DNA of 61,861 nt, filler included, from Globobulimina sp. (Eukaryota): NCBI GenBank assembly GCA_003354225.1. It is 28 parts of 28 records of this genome, joined end to end, with 100 filler letters (N's around TTAATTAATTAA, not from the genome) between each part and the next. Parts side by side here need not be neighbours in the genome. Positions count along the whole stretch, not along the records: positions 1 to 2,115 come from PIVH01008874.1; positions 2,216 to 4,330 come from PIVH01008875.1; positions 4,431 to 6,544 come from PIVH01008876.1; positions 6,645 to 8,758 come from PIVH01008877.1; positions 8,859 to 10,972 come from PIVH01008878.1; positions 11,073 to 13,186 come from PIVH01008879.1; 22 more parts are not named here. One strand, 5' to 3'. This document shows, one piece after another, positions 1 to 11,073 of the stretch. A program made the translations under genes and the position numbers. The notes below the pieces were generated by a model. That model was not told the DNA's origin. It worked only from the letters and a program-made list of their open reading frames with translations, and did not search any database. Position 1 is the stretch's first letter; every line of letters begins with the position of its first letter.

Positions 1-4
1 AATA

Positions 5-736
5 ATGTCACAGGCAACAGATAAAATTATATTAAATATACATTATAGTGATAACCAAAAATGCCGCTTGAAAGTGTACAATACATTGTCTGTTGTTCAA
101 ATAATTCAAAATATACGAAATATTGTTGGATGCAATGATATTATTTGTTTAGATGCTGATCGAGATATAATTGCATTATCTCCAACGTTACCAACTGGTA
201 TTGACATATATGTTGTATCAAAGGATAAACATCAACCAAATAAACCAAAATCTGAGCAGAAAGATGATATTAAACAACAATCCGTGCAAGTCCGCAAGCC
301 ATTAATGTATGGATATGCTGATCGCGCAGGTTCAGGGCATCAACAATATGCATTTGATGGTTCAGGATGTGGTGAGCCTGTTTTATTCACAAATGTTACA
401 AATAATGGTTGTTGTAATATTGGTGATATGTTAAATTCGCAAAATGGAAGATTCACTGCGCAAATAAATGGTATTTATACCTTTACAGTGGGTGTGTTGT
501 TAAGTGGCTGTGCTGATCAGTTATGGTTTAATTATAATGGCAAAAGGCAACAAACGTTTTCATCGCCAATTCATCATAATAGTCAGGCATTTAGTGGTTC
601 ATTAACTATTCAGATTAATAAAGGCGACTATGTTGATTTTAGAATGTATAAAAATAGCTTCAAAGGAACAACAATGGAAATTTACGAGAATTTCCATCAT
701 ACGTTTGTTAGGTGGACATTAATTGATGCTTTATAA
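5..736 (+). CDS. C1q-like domain protein with an N-terminal ubiquitin-like/unknown domain
   Basis: 243-aa ORF; C-terminal half has C1q-type motifs (PVLFTNV, GRFTAQINGIYTF, SGSLTIQINKGDYV). Confidence 0.6.
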   Translation: MSQATDKIILNIHYSDNQKCRLKVYNTLSVVQIIQNIRNIVGCNDIICLDADRDIIALSPTLPTGIDIYVVSKDKHQPNKPKSEQKDDIKQQSVQVRKPLMYGYADRAGSGHQQYAFDGSGCGEPVLFTNVTNNGCCNIGDMLNSQNGRFTAQINGIYTFTVGVLLSGCADQLWFNYNGKRQQTFSSPIHHNSQAFSGSLTIQINKGDYVDFRMYKNSFKGTTMEIYENFHHTFVRWTLIDAL

Positions 737-871
737 TACAATTAAATAACATTTACCCTTTGTTATAGCCTGTAGGTTTCCAAAAGTTTCCATGATACTT
801 CACAAAAAAGTTTTCTTTAGTCAGTATCTTTATGTTCATTTTCAAATTGACTTTGTAACTGAAACAAGAAT

Positions 872-1651
872 TTACATGATAGAACATCTCCTTTTCGTAT
901 CATTTAATATCATCATATCGTTCAAAGTTGTGTTAGATTCCTCATACACTTCGACCAAATCAATTTCTTTAATATCATCCATTTTCTTCATATCTTTACC
1001 AACAAACATACAAAACTTCAATAAATAAACTTTCCTTTCAAATTCAGTCAAACCCAAAGGACTATTCAATATCACAACTTTTCGTTTCTCAAACATTTGT
1101 TTCTCTTCTTCTGTTTTTAAATTTGCTGCATTTGCATCATCCGAATTCCCCAATAATGTGTCCCAAATTTCTTCCAAATACGCTCTTTTTTCATTGATAT
1201 TCAATGTATTCCATTCTTTATATATTTCCTCAAATGGATCAATCGTTGACACGTCAAATGTTTGTTTGTTTTGTTTAATATCTTCATCCTTTTCCTCATC
1301 GTCCAATCCATCATTGATCCAACTGCTTTTTTTCACATTAAACTGAACAGCAAACATTTTTAAGTAAAATAGGTATAGCATTTTGCCTGGATCTTGTCTA
1401 TACTCCTCGAGATTTAATGTTTTAGTTTGTAGCTTTGTATCAGCACTCTTCGCTATATTTACATAACGTTTCATCTGCTTTTGCTTTTCTATGTATTGTT
1501 TTAAATATAATGGCAAAAAGACATTGTGATAAAAGCGTTTCCGAAATATCATCGAATGATTATAACTTGCAAGTGCTTCCGCAGCAGCCTCTGCCTCAAG
1601 ATCAGGGCCACCACAAAAAGACTCATAAACGACAGAGAGTTGTGTTCCCAT
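872..1651 (-). CDS. hypothetical protein
   Basis: 259-aa ATG-initiated ORF with natural composition; no motif recognised. Confidence 0.6.
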   Translation of the reverse strand: MGTQLSVVYESFCGGPDLEAEAAAEALASYNHSMIFRKRFYHNVFLPLYLKQYIEKQKQMKRYVNIAKSADTKLQTKTLNLEEYRQDPGKMLYLFYLKMFAVQFNVKKSSWINDGLDDEEKDEDIKQNKQTFDVSTIDPFEEIYKEWNTLNINEKRAYLEEIWDTLLGNSDDANAANLKTEEEKQMFEKRKVVILNSPLGLTEFERKVYLLKFCMFVGKDMKKMDDIKEIDLVEVYEESNTTLNDMMILNDTKRRCSIM

Positions 1652-1703
1652 TTTGTAAGTTTATTACTTTTGTTACCAGCTTGATCTTTTAGACTTGCTC
1701 AGC

Positions 1704-2006
1704 ATGTCAGCATTGTCAACCTATTTTTTGCTTCTGCTTGGTTCAATACCCATTAATTGTCAGGATCCGGATATTTATACATCCACTGAAGGTAACGTCG
1801 AAATAATATGTTATAACGGCCCTTGTGTCGGTTTGGTTGTTTATTATGGAGGATCTGGAACATTGAGGATAAAGTGTGTTTGTAGCGGGTGTTGTGATGG
1901 TATAAAAGTATATTGTGGCAATTTTGACCCACCAGGGATGCAATACGATGATACAGATATGTTGGGTACGGGCAGTTGTTTCATTATTGGCGATGATGAA
2001 ATGTGA
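1704..2006 (+). CDS. secreted Cys-rich protein fragment (possible pseudogene)
   Basis: signal peptide, then IxCxxxxC repeats like those of 59751-61802; stops early at TGA. Confidence 0.4.
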   Translation: MSALSTYFLLLLGSIPINCQDPDIYTSTEGNVEIICYNGPCVGLVVYYGGSGTLRIKCVCSGCCDGIKVYCGNFDPPGMQYDDTDMLGTGSCFIIGDDEM

Positions 2007-2115
2007 AACGGTATAAAATCTATTATAAACAATAACACATCAAAAACGTACTGCATCGCAAACATAACAATATAACAGTGATTAATTCAGAATTATACTG
2101 TAAAGGACCAAACAT

Positions 2116-2215
2116 NNNNNNNNNNNNNNNNNNNNNNNNNNNNNNNNNNNNNNNNNNNNTTAATTAATTAANNNNNNNNNNNNNNNNNNNNNNNNNNNNN
2201 NNNNNNNNNNNNNNN
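2116..2215. other. artificial contig linker (first of 27; they recur about every 2213 nt up to 59651-59750)
   Basis: identical 100-nt N-run/TTAATTAATTAA/N-run spacers with stops in all frames; flanking contigs decrease steadily in length. Confidence 0.99.
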
Positions 2216-2227
2216 AAAAATAAAAAA

Positions 2228-2291
2228 TGTGATGATAGGGATTTGAACCCAAATCTTCTTTAATTAGATGCTTTTCTTAAGCTATCATCAC
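2228..2291 (-). ncRNA. 64-nt tRNA-like element with stub anticodon arm ('mini' copy 1)
   Basis: GTGATGA TA GCTT AAGAA AAGC A TCT AATTAA AGA AGAT TTGGG TTCAAAT CCCTA TCATCAC A, followed by a T-run; paralog at 32582-32645. Confidence 0.75.
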
Positions 2292-2842
2292 AATAAATTG
2301 GATAATGTGGCCAACATAATCTCTCTTTTAAATATGTTTTTGCTGCGGGAGGCACGCCACCGATCTCTCATTTAATTTATGTGCCATCAAACTTATGTTT
2401 TCTACATCAGTTTGTTTTTATTTTTATTTTGAGGTTTGAAATGGATTACGTTCTTTTTTACTGTTTACAGTGGGCGCCGATGATTTGCGTTTGTTTGTGT
2501 CGTGTTCCTTTCTTAGATTGCAATAAAATGCATGTTGCAGTAATATAGCAATCTGATAATAAACATAAATCTAAAAATTATTGTCTTGAAACATTTGATA
2601 CACATCGAATATGAATATAAATATTAATGTCAATATGATAATAAATGATAAATATTAGTGGCAGCTGGCTCATATATATATTCATGATCATAATCCAGGA
2701 CAACGAATGTTATTAATATAGGAATTATGATTAAAATTTAAAAATATCAACTAAAAATAACAATCTCCCGCTCCCTCTCACTCTCTCACACTATCTCCAT
2801 CTCTCTAACATTGCAAAGTTTGTGTAACACAATAAACAGAAT

Positions 2843-3393
2843 ATGAGCAACATCGAGTCCATCAAAAAAGAATTATTAAACAACAAGCATCGAAACTTAG
2901 GACTGGTACAATTCCGACAAGATCAAGTATTTTATGGTCCAATCGCAGCAGATGCAGCAAAAGCAGGCAATGTACAAAAATGGTGTCAATTGGTGGCCTC
3001 CATTATTATTGAAGCAAACGGTTCTGTTTCAGATAATATTCGCAAAGAATTTGTAGCATGGATTATGGCCTGGGGAATGAGTCCACAACAAGCAAACCAA
3101 ATGTTTGACACAAATTTAGCAGAATTGAGTGTATTCCAAACATTTATCGAAAAAAATCAATGCAAATTGTATTCCAATTATCGAAAAAAATCAATGCAAA
3201 TTGTATTCCAAACATTTTATGTCATGGTTTCCTTTGGAGTGTAAAAGATGGAATTAATGAAAAACACTTTGAATGTTTATACAAGATTGGTGAAAGAATT
3301 GGTTTACAAAAAAAAGATGTTGATCAAATATTTTACACACTGAAAATGGAAAATGATTTATTACATCAATTTGATAAAATATATATTCGATAA
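2843..3393 (+). pseudogene. TerB-like protein gene frameshifted by a 38-nt templated insertion
   Basis: ORFs 2843-3244 and 3160-3393 join in frame if 3131-3168 is removed; TerB-like motifs IIEANGSVS and DGINEKHFECLYKIGERIGL. Confidence 0.55.
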
Positions 3394-3513
3394 ATTATTG
3401 ATTGATTGTTTGTGTTTGTGTATCCATAATATTTAATATTTTAATTTTAGAACTTGACACAAGAAAGCAAACGATATATTCCATTGGCTAACCACCCCTT
3501 TGTATACTAGAAC

Positions 3514-4032
3514 ATGCCATTCGATTATAAGTTTGTTCTGACTTTGTTCTGTTATAATGCATGTTGGGTTTTTGATTACTTCAAATATAAAAAAGAATAT
3601 TATCAAGCTAGCCAGCAATGGAAAATGAATTTGATAAATAACAACTTGAGGCAAATTATTACCAGAAACAGTGCATCAAAATTAATGCTATCCACATTAT
3701 CATTGTTGAATGTATTTCATGTTTCTATCCTGGTTGGGATTGTTCCATACAAATATGTTTGGGCAGGTACGGTAAAATCACGCCAAGAAATGTTAAAAAT
3801 GGAAGGCATTTCATTATTGCTGACTTGTGCAATGATGTATTGTGTATGGTTAACATTCTACGAAGCAAACTCTAGAAATAGATTATTGGGTCCACTGTTT
3901 TATGGATTCAGTGCATTATTTGCCCTAAATACAATCGGAAATCTTACTGCAAAGAATAAATATGAACGCTATATTGGCACTATATTAACCTTCATATCTT
4001 CTATTTTAATGTATAGAATCGCTATCAACTAA
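3514..4032 (+). CDS. small multi-pass membrane protein, bacterial-like
   Basis: about 4 hydrophobic helices; motifs FHVSILVGIVPYKYVWAG and LFALNTIGNL. Confidence 0.6.
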   Translation: MPFDYKFVLTLFCYNACWVFDYFKYKKEYYQASQQWKMNLINNNLRQIITRNSASKLMLSTLSLLNVFHVSILVGIVPYKYVWAGTVKSRQEMLKMEGISLLLTCAMMYCVWLTFYEANSRNRLLGPLFYGFSALFALNTIGNLTAKNKYERYIGTILTFISSILMYRIAIN

Positions 4033-4430
4033 ATACTATATTGTATAATGACTATAATCAATCTTATTTATTACTGAATCTTTACTCATTCACAAATTTT
4101 AAACAGCGTGATATTACGGATTTCGAAACGATGTACCACTTTTTTATTTGTCCAAAAGCCGTAAAAGTTAAAAAAATGATAAAATGTTAAAAATCATGAT
4201 CATGAAAATCCATGAAAAGTGCTAAAAAAATGAATATATTTATGAGACATTTGCAAAATTGCCAAAAATACAGAATCATCGAAAATCTGTCAAAAATATC
4301 GTATTTATACACATATTCTGACGATTTTCTNNNNNNNNNNNNNNNNNNNNNNNNNNNNNNNNNNNNNNNNNNNNTTAATTAATTAANNNNNNNNNNNNNN
4401 NNNNNNNNNNNNNNNNNNNNNNNNNNNNNN

Positions 4431-4755
4431 AAGGATGACACCACCGAAAGTTGAGAAGGCGAAAAAGAAAAAGAAAAAGAGGAAGTTGGAGGATGTTGGT
4501 GTTGATGTTGTTGCAGCAAAGAAGCAGAAAGTGGAGGATGTGGTGGCTGTGGAACAAGAAGAAAAAACTGAGAAAAAGAAGAAGAAAAAGAAAAAAAAGA
4601 AGGAAATGGACATTGATGTGGTTGTTGTCGGCGATGAAGGATTGAAAAAGAAAAAAAAGAAAAAGAAAAAGAAGAAGGATAAAACAGTGGATGTTGTGAA
4701 AGAAGCATCGAATGATGAAACCTTACAAAAATCATCAGAAACGGTTTGCCGCTGA
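4431..4755 (+). CDS. Lys/Glu-rich low-complexity fragment resembling nucleolar protein tails
   Basis: poly-Lys tracts; open from contig start; collides with a minus-strand ORF starting at 4906. Confidence 0.4.
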
Positions 4756-4971
4756 ATTGTGGTTGATTTATGGTTTTGATTGGATTGTAATTAGGGTTGT
4801 ATTTAATAGAGAAATCGTTTTGAGTTTTTTTTCGTTTTTTATCTTCCTTTGTTTCAAAGTCTTCGATCAAGGCCAATAAAGCAGTTACTTTCTCAGTGGC
4901 AGACATTATTTATTAGACTAGAAAACTCAGATGAAAACTCTAACAAACTTAATTAAAGAAACTCTGACTGT

Positions 4972-6544
4972 TTACTGTTTGATCAACGCCTTCGATTGCG
5001 TCCAATCATACGGTTTAAACTTATCCTTTAACCGATTTGTTTGATTTTTTTCATCCGTTATTTGTTGAATACACGCAGTCCATTCAGCTTTCTCTGGCAT
5101 TGCTAAACAAATCGCAATCACTCTCCGCAAGAAATTCAAAGGAATCCTCTGTTTCATGCCACTCTGCACCGAATGTACATATTTCTCCCCATTGCCATTG
5201 TTGTGCAATATCAAATAGCCAAAGGAGGCCACATTATATTTGTTGGAATTCTCTTTTTTATGCACAATAAATTCAATATTTTCCTTTTCCGCCTCTTTAA
5301 ACAACACAGCTTTCAATCCGTTAATTTTATCCTTAGCAACGGCCACAATCTCCAAATAGCAATGCTGTGTATAGGCAGTCTGCAAATTTCTGTCGCAAAT
5401 CAGCAACACTTTGTTTTCTGTCTCGTAGCATTTCTCCAAACACAGCAAATATCGATCAATCTCTTTGCGAACACCGACGGGGAACTTCATGGAATTTGAT
5501 AAGTGATTAATTGGAATAATCAGTAAATGGTCGCTGAGCATCGGCCCTTTGGCCATGGCTAAATATGTATATTCCGCAATGGATAAAACCATATGAGACT
5601 CCACTTTGGTGGCACCCAAACAAAACCAACATTCTCCGCCAGCTTTCTTTGCTCTTTTCATGGCCCGCCGCCCTCCAAATTTCTCAAAGAAATAATCGTC
5701 TCTGTTGCCCCGAGTACCATTACCAACGCCTTTGTGCACATTGTGGCCGATGCCGCATTCGCTGATATAATGTCCGGGTTTGCCGCATTTATGACAAATA
5801 TATGTAGCCGGAGGGACAGCGCCTTTCCATCGATGATTATCGGCATCGTTTTCTTGCGCCATCTCATTGAATTTCCTTTTATGAACCACCCGTTTTAATG
5901 TCTCGTTTTCTTCTTTTCGCTCTGCCTCAATCTGTCTAAACGGCAATGTGTAGGGACATTTGGTGTATTTTGCATCCGATATTGCAGCAATACTCTCATT
6001 CAACGGAGTCATATTTAAGGCGTACACACTCTTCTTTTGTCCCAATGATATAAACCTCGTTAAATGTGTGCTGTCCTCATCGGTTTTATACGGACATAGC
6101 CGGAAAAACATGTTTTCATTTGCTGCGAAATGGTATTGCGGCGATAGGGACAATGCCAATTTATTCACAATCGGCGATTTGCCCAATTTCGCAAACTGAG
6201 CTAATGGCAAATCCTTTGGAAGGATGGACGTCTTATCCATTCCATGCAAAATGGCCAAATGAAAAGATCGCGGCCACTCTGAGGTTAGTAATATGTCCAC
6301 ACCGCTTTTATAATTTATTTGTTTTATGTCTGTCGAACAGTAATATCGACGGAATTCATTGGCTGCTTTTGTGTCTTGCAATTTCTTATTAATGTTTGTG
6401 TTTTGCTGTGTTTCTAGCTCTTTGGTGGCGAAATATGTTCGTATTTCGGACGGTGTTTTACTAAACAAAGTGGAGTCATATAAACCAGACAAATATCCAA
6501 CAGTTATTCCATTGTATACTTTCAACGCTCTCCATTGAGCTTTG
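4972..6544 (-). CDS. CWF19L1: CWF19-like protein 1 (Drn1), 5'-partial
   Basis: GVDILLTSEWP, PQYHFAA, TRFISLG, CCHC knuckle, CWFCL and HLLIIPINH CwfJ domains. Confidence 0.9.
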
Positions 6545-6644
6545 NNNNNNNNNNNNNNNNNNNNNNNNNNNNNNNNNNNNNNNNNNNNTTAATTAATTAA
6601 NNNNNNNNNNNNNNNNNNNNNNNNNNNNNNNNNNNNNNNNNNNN

Positions 6645-7212
6645 AAAGCCATTTGTTGCTTTATTTACCGCACAACAAAACTATGAGCATGATGCCGATG
6701 CGAAAGATATCTATAATGAAGGATCTAAATCTGAATATAAATATAAATATGAGATGAACACAATTAATGGAGATGATTATCAAGAAATACATACGGCATT
6801 AATTCATGTTCTTCGTGGTGTTGGAGAAGATGCCAATGATTTTGACTCAGTGTTGGTAATATTAGTTTGTGTAACTTCTATTAACAAATTTGTATATTTT
6901 AACAAAGAATATGCCAGACCAAAACGTAAAGGATTGGAGTCGTTTTATGTAATTGATAAATTACATTATTTCATCCAAATGATTTGTGATGAAAAACACA
7001 GGAATAATATTTATTTTAATTTTGATCATGTTTTATGGATAAATGACGTGCGTTTAAGGAGTGATTGGCGACCAGATATTGGTGCACATAGTAATAATTA
7101 TTGTTATTCGCGTAAAGTAGATTTCAAAAAAAGAAATTGGACAAAGCAAATTGGAATTGATGTTGAGACCAAAGACACGCGTCCATCAACGTCGACGTCT
7201 GAAGGCTTATAA
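6645..7212 (+). CDS. hypothetical protein, 5'-partial
   Basis: ORF of at least 152 aa near contig start; no motif recognised. Confidence 0.4.
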
Positions 7213-7382
7213 CAAATATAAGTCTTTAAAAGTATGCATTTATATTGTAATTAATTGTTGTATAATGACGTACGTTTTTGCGTTTTTTTTCTTGTAGATT
7301 AAAATTAATTGTGTAATATTTCACAGTATATCCTTGCACTCAGTATCAAACAAAAAGAGTTAATGCAGGCAAACAGGAGAAC

Positions 7383-8758
7383 ATGGCCTCTTCAAATGAA
7401 TCAAGTAATGCCCAATGGGAACAAACACCCCGTTTGCGACAAATCAAACTGAAATTACACAAATTTCGAGAATACGTACGAATTTATCTGTTATCAAATA
7501 TAGAGGTAACACGTGACAATTCAGTGTATATTTCCTTTAAATATAAAAACATTCCTCCGAGACCCTATATGATGCACAAAGTCTCTGCGTCTTCACTAAA
7601 CCTACAAGTTTACGATTATTTCCTCAAAGAACCAAGGTATACATGTACACAATTTGCAACATATACAAACCTATTGTGTTTTTTGCGAATTTGCGCTTAT
7701 ATTCAGACCAAACACCAACTTACAATGGCACTCAATCGATTATACTTTGCCCTTTGCGCCCGATTTGAATAACTTCTCCGACATTGACGATGATGAAAGT
7801 GACATAGACTCTGCCGCCGAAGACATATTTGGCAGCGGCATCTATGCAAACAATATGATGTTACCTCTCAAACAAAAGCAAATGTTAAACAAAACCCAAA
7901 ACATACTAAACATCAAAGGCATCACTGACAAGCACGTCTGGTTCAAGTTCCTCTTCAATTGCCTCCACCGCGAAAGCAAAGGCTATTCCTCTGAAATGGC
8001 CGAATTTGGCGCAAAAACATATAATTTCAATAACAAAACCTATGCCAAATTAATCATTGCCGATATCACCGACAAACAGTCCAAAGCCTTGGCCATTGAG
8101 CCGGGCAAACCTTCCTATATTCCCATTGTCCATTTATTCAACCACTGGTTGAACGACTTGCAAATATTATCCTTCAATCAGGTCATTGTATTCGTCAATG
8201 ACATCATCACCGCCAGCAACGACATTGACGAATTGATAGTGGACTCACATTCCATTTCGCAGATTGTCGCCAAAACGCTATCGTCCATCAAAAAAACATG
8301 GGATATGTACGCGGATAACGAGGATATGGCAGACGCAAAGGACGCAGATCTAAGTTCTGATATTTATCCGTATGAGTTCCGCCAGCGCAACAAAGGCAAA
8401 CTTCAGAAAAACGATCAACAAATCAGTGGTTTGAAGAAAATATTGTTTCGAAAGTTTTTATTTTTATTTGTGATTGCTTCCAAGATCGATTACCATCGCA
8501 TTAAAAGCAACAAAAAGAAGAAAAATGAAAAATATAAACGCTTATTCGACTGTGCATTGTTGTATTGGTTCGTGCGCTCAATATATTATTATCAACGCGC
8601 TTCGATTCCTTATATACTGGCGCTGTTCCGCGATGAATATGACATCATCGCATTGAACATATTGTGGGAAGCGATTCAGATAAATGTCAAATGCTGCACC
8701 GACTTCGAGACTTTCTTGTACTTAGCTCCATTCATTAACTTTTTCGATGCCATTGATT
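7383..8758 (+). CDS. hypothetical protein, one intron (7637-7706), 3'-partial
   Basis: 70-nt GTATAC...TTCAG intron joins ORFs 7383 and 7654 in frame (KEPR|PNTN). Confidence 0.7.
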
Positions 8759-8858
8759 NNNNNNNNNNNNNNNNNNNNNNNNNNNNNNNNNNNNNNNNNN
8801 NNTTAATTAATTAANNNNNNNNNNNNNNNNNNNNNNNNNNNNNNNNNNNNNNNNNNNN

Positions 8859-10731
8859 CGTCACATATTATATGATGTTAATTGGAGTATCCACCGTATT
8901 TTTTTTCGAATCCTTCTATGTTCCGCTACCTTATGATGATCCCAACTATTATAAAGAAAGCATATTATTGCAAGCAGAGTCTATTCAAAGTGGGAAAGGT
9001 ATAATGAGTGGGAAATTATTTTTAGCGACTACACTTTGTTGGGTCCTGACATTTATTTGTGTACATAAAGGAGTCAAAACTGCCTCCACCGCTGTTAAAA
9101 TCACAATGCCTTTACCTTTCCTGTTGTTATTTATTTTATTGATTAAAGGACTGACACTGCCCGGTGCTGGTAAAGGAATTGCCGCATATTTAGATTTTAG
9201 TGATTGGTCTGAATTGGCTTCAGTAGGTATATGGAACGCAGCCATTGGACAATGCTTTTTTAGTTTGGGCGTTTGTATGGGTGTAATGACTGCGTTTGGT
9301 TCGTATAACCCCATAAAACAAGATATTGCTACGGATGAGAAAGTAATATCTTTTGTGGATTTATTAGCATCGCTTATGAGTGGTTTTGTTGTTTATTCTG
9401 TTTTGGGATATTTAGTGCATATAACTGGCGACACTGACTGGTACGATCAGGCATCGTTAGGATTGGTATTTGCTACACTTCCCGTCGCAATCACTACTTT
9501 TAAAGGAGCCAACTTCTTTGGGATAATATTTTATCTTTGTTTGGCATTATTAGGCATTGACTCTGCATTCTCGTTAATTGAGGCAATATCTACAGTCATA
9601 TTTGATAGTGATTTGAATAAATATAAATTAAAATTTACTCGACCAAGAATCACAGCAACAATGTGTATTTTTGGATTTTTTGGGAGTTGTTTATTCATTT
9701 TTGACACTGGCATATATTGGCTTGATATTGTTGATCGTTATGTTAATAACTATGGTATGGTTTTTATGGGTTTTTGTGAAACAGCGGCCTGTGGCTGGTG
9801 CTATGGCTACGAAGAGAAGATCAACGTAAAAATTGGTAAAGTTGCTGCAAATATATATAGAGTGGGTTTTTTAAGGTATTGTATATGTAGCAATGTTCAA
9901 ATTCTTTGCGTTGTAAGATAAAAAACAAATATTTTGTCGGCATTATTTTATTCTGAATGTACTAACTGTTTTACAGAAACATAATGTCGTCAAATATTTG
10001 CATTTTATTCGTTTTTCTTTTGTTATCTGTTGCCTACATTCAGTTCGATATTGTTGATGTGCGTATTATCCATTTGTTTACAATCTGTGTTTGACGCAGA
10101 TAGATTTTATATTGCATGGATCATTGGATTGTGTTTAGGTTTTGTAATATGGCTAAGTTCAATTGTTGCGTCATATTTTTATCGCAGTGAATATGCCAAA
10201 AATAATTTAACATTTTGTGAATTTCTGTGGTATCAAATTGGTTGGGAAAATGTGGAAATTTTGCGCGATTTTATTAATGAGAATGGCGTTGGAGAGGAAG
10301 AGTGGAATAATGAAAAACATACTTGTTTGGGTGAACTAAAGGCAGTGTATCATCATGGAACAATTGGTATTTATTTCGGATTCTATATAAAATATTTCAT
10401 TCCGATTGTTTTATTTTTAGTGCTAATACAAACAATGAGAAATGATACGATTAATCCATATGAAGGGTTTGCGTGGAAATATCTGTCAGTTGGAATTATT
10501 ATATTTAGTATAATGGTAATTGTTGTTGTTGTGGTTGCAATATTTCCACAGTCCATGACACAATCATGTGATGAAAATATTATTACACAAAAACAATCAG
10601 ATATCGAACATGATGGAGCAGTATTTTCGCCATTGGGACAAATGGATGATGAAATTACAGATGACAATGACGATGAAAATACAATACAAATGAGCAAGAA
10701 ACCTGATCCGCAAATCAACGGAGAATTATAA
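8859..10731 (+). CDS. SLC6/NSS sodium-dependent transporter, intron 9876-10043, 5'-partial
   Basis: GLTLPGAGKGI, WNAAIGQCFFSLG, FGSYN, GLVF, LGIDSAF, GIYWLDIVD motifs; GT-AG intron restores frame. Confidence 0.92.
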
Positions 10732-11073
10732 TTATATATTGAAGTAAAGAAAAATATATAAGACATTTGTTTTGAATGACATGTGTGTTTTTTTTGCTTT
10801 AATAAAAATTAAATTTTTATGTCAGTCCACAGATTTTTTCGAGCTCCAGTGAGAAAATCATTTCTAAGTCAGAAAAATAATCAGAAAAGTAAGAAAATCC
10901 TTTTTCAAACCAGAATTTGAAAACGCTGCAGCCTTGTATCAATACCAATCACTTCGCAGTTTTGTTAAGCACNNNNNNNNNNNNNNNNNNNNNNNNNNNN
11001 NNNNNNNNNNNNNNNNTTAATTAATTAANNNNNNNNNNNNNNNNNNNNNNNNNNNNNNNNNNNNNNNNNNNNA

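Noticed and set aside
2004-2006. TGA as selenocysteine or a reassigned codon
   Set aside because: Frame closes again about 24 codons later, no SECIS was recognised, and TGA, TAA and TAG all end conserved genes elsewhere in the window
7383-10731. Split ORFs as programmed frameshifts (also eIF3i, hyccin, GH1, ankyrin)
   Set aside because: Explained by ordinary GT-AG introns that restore frame
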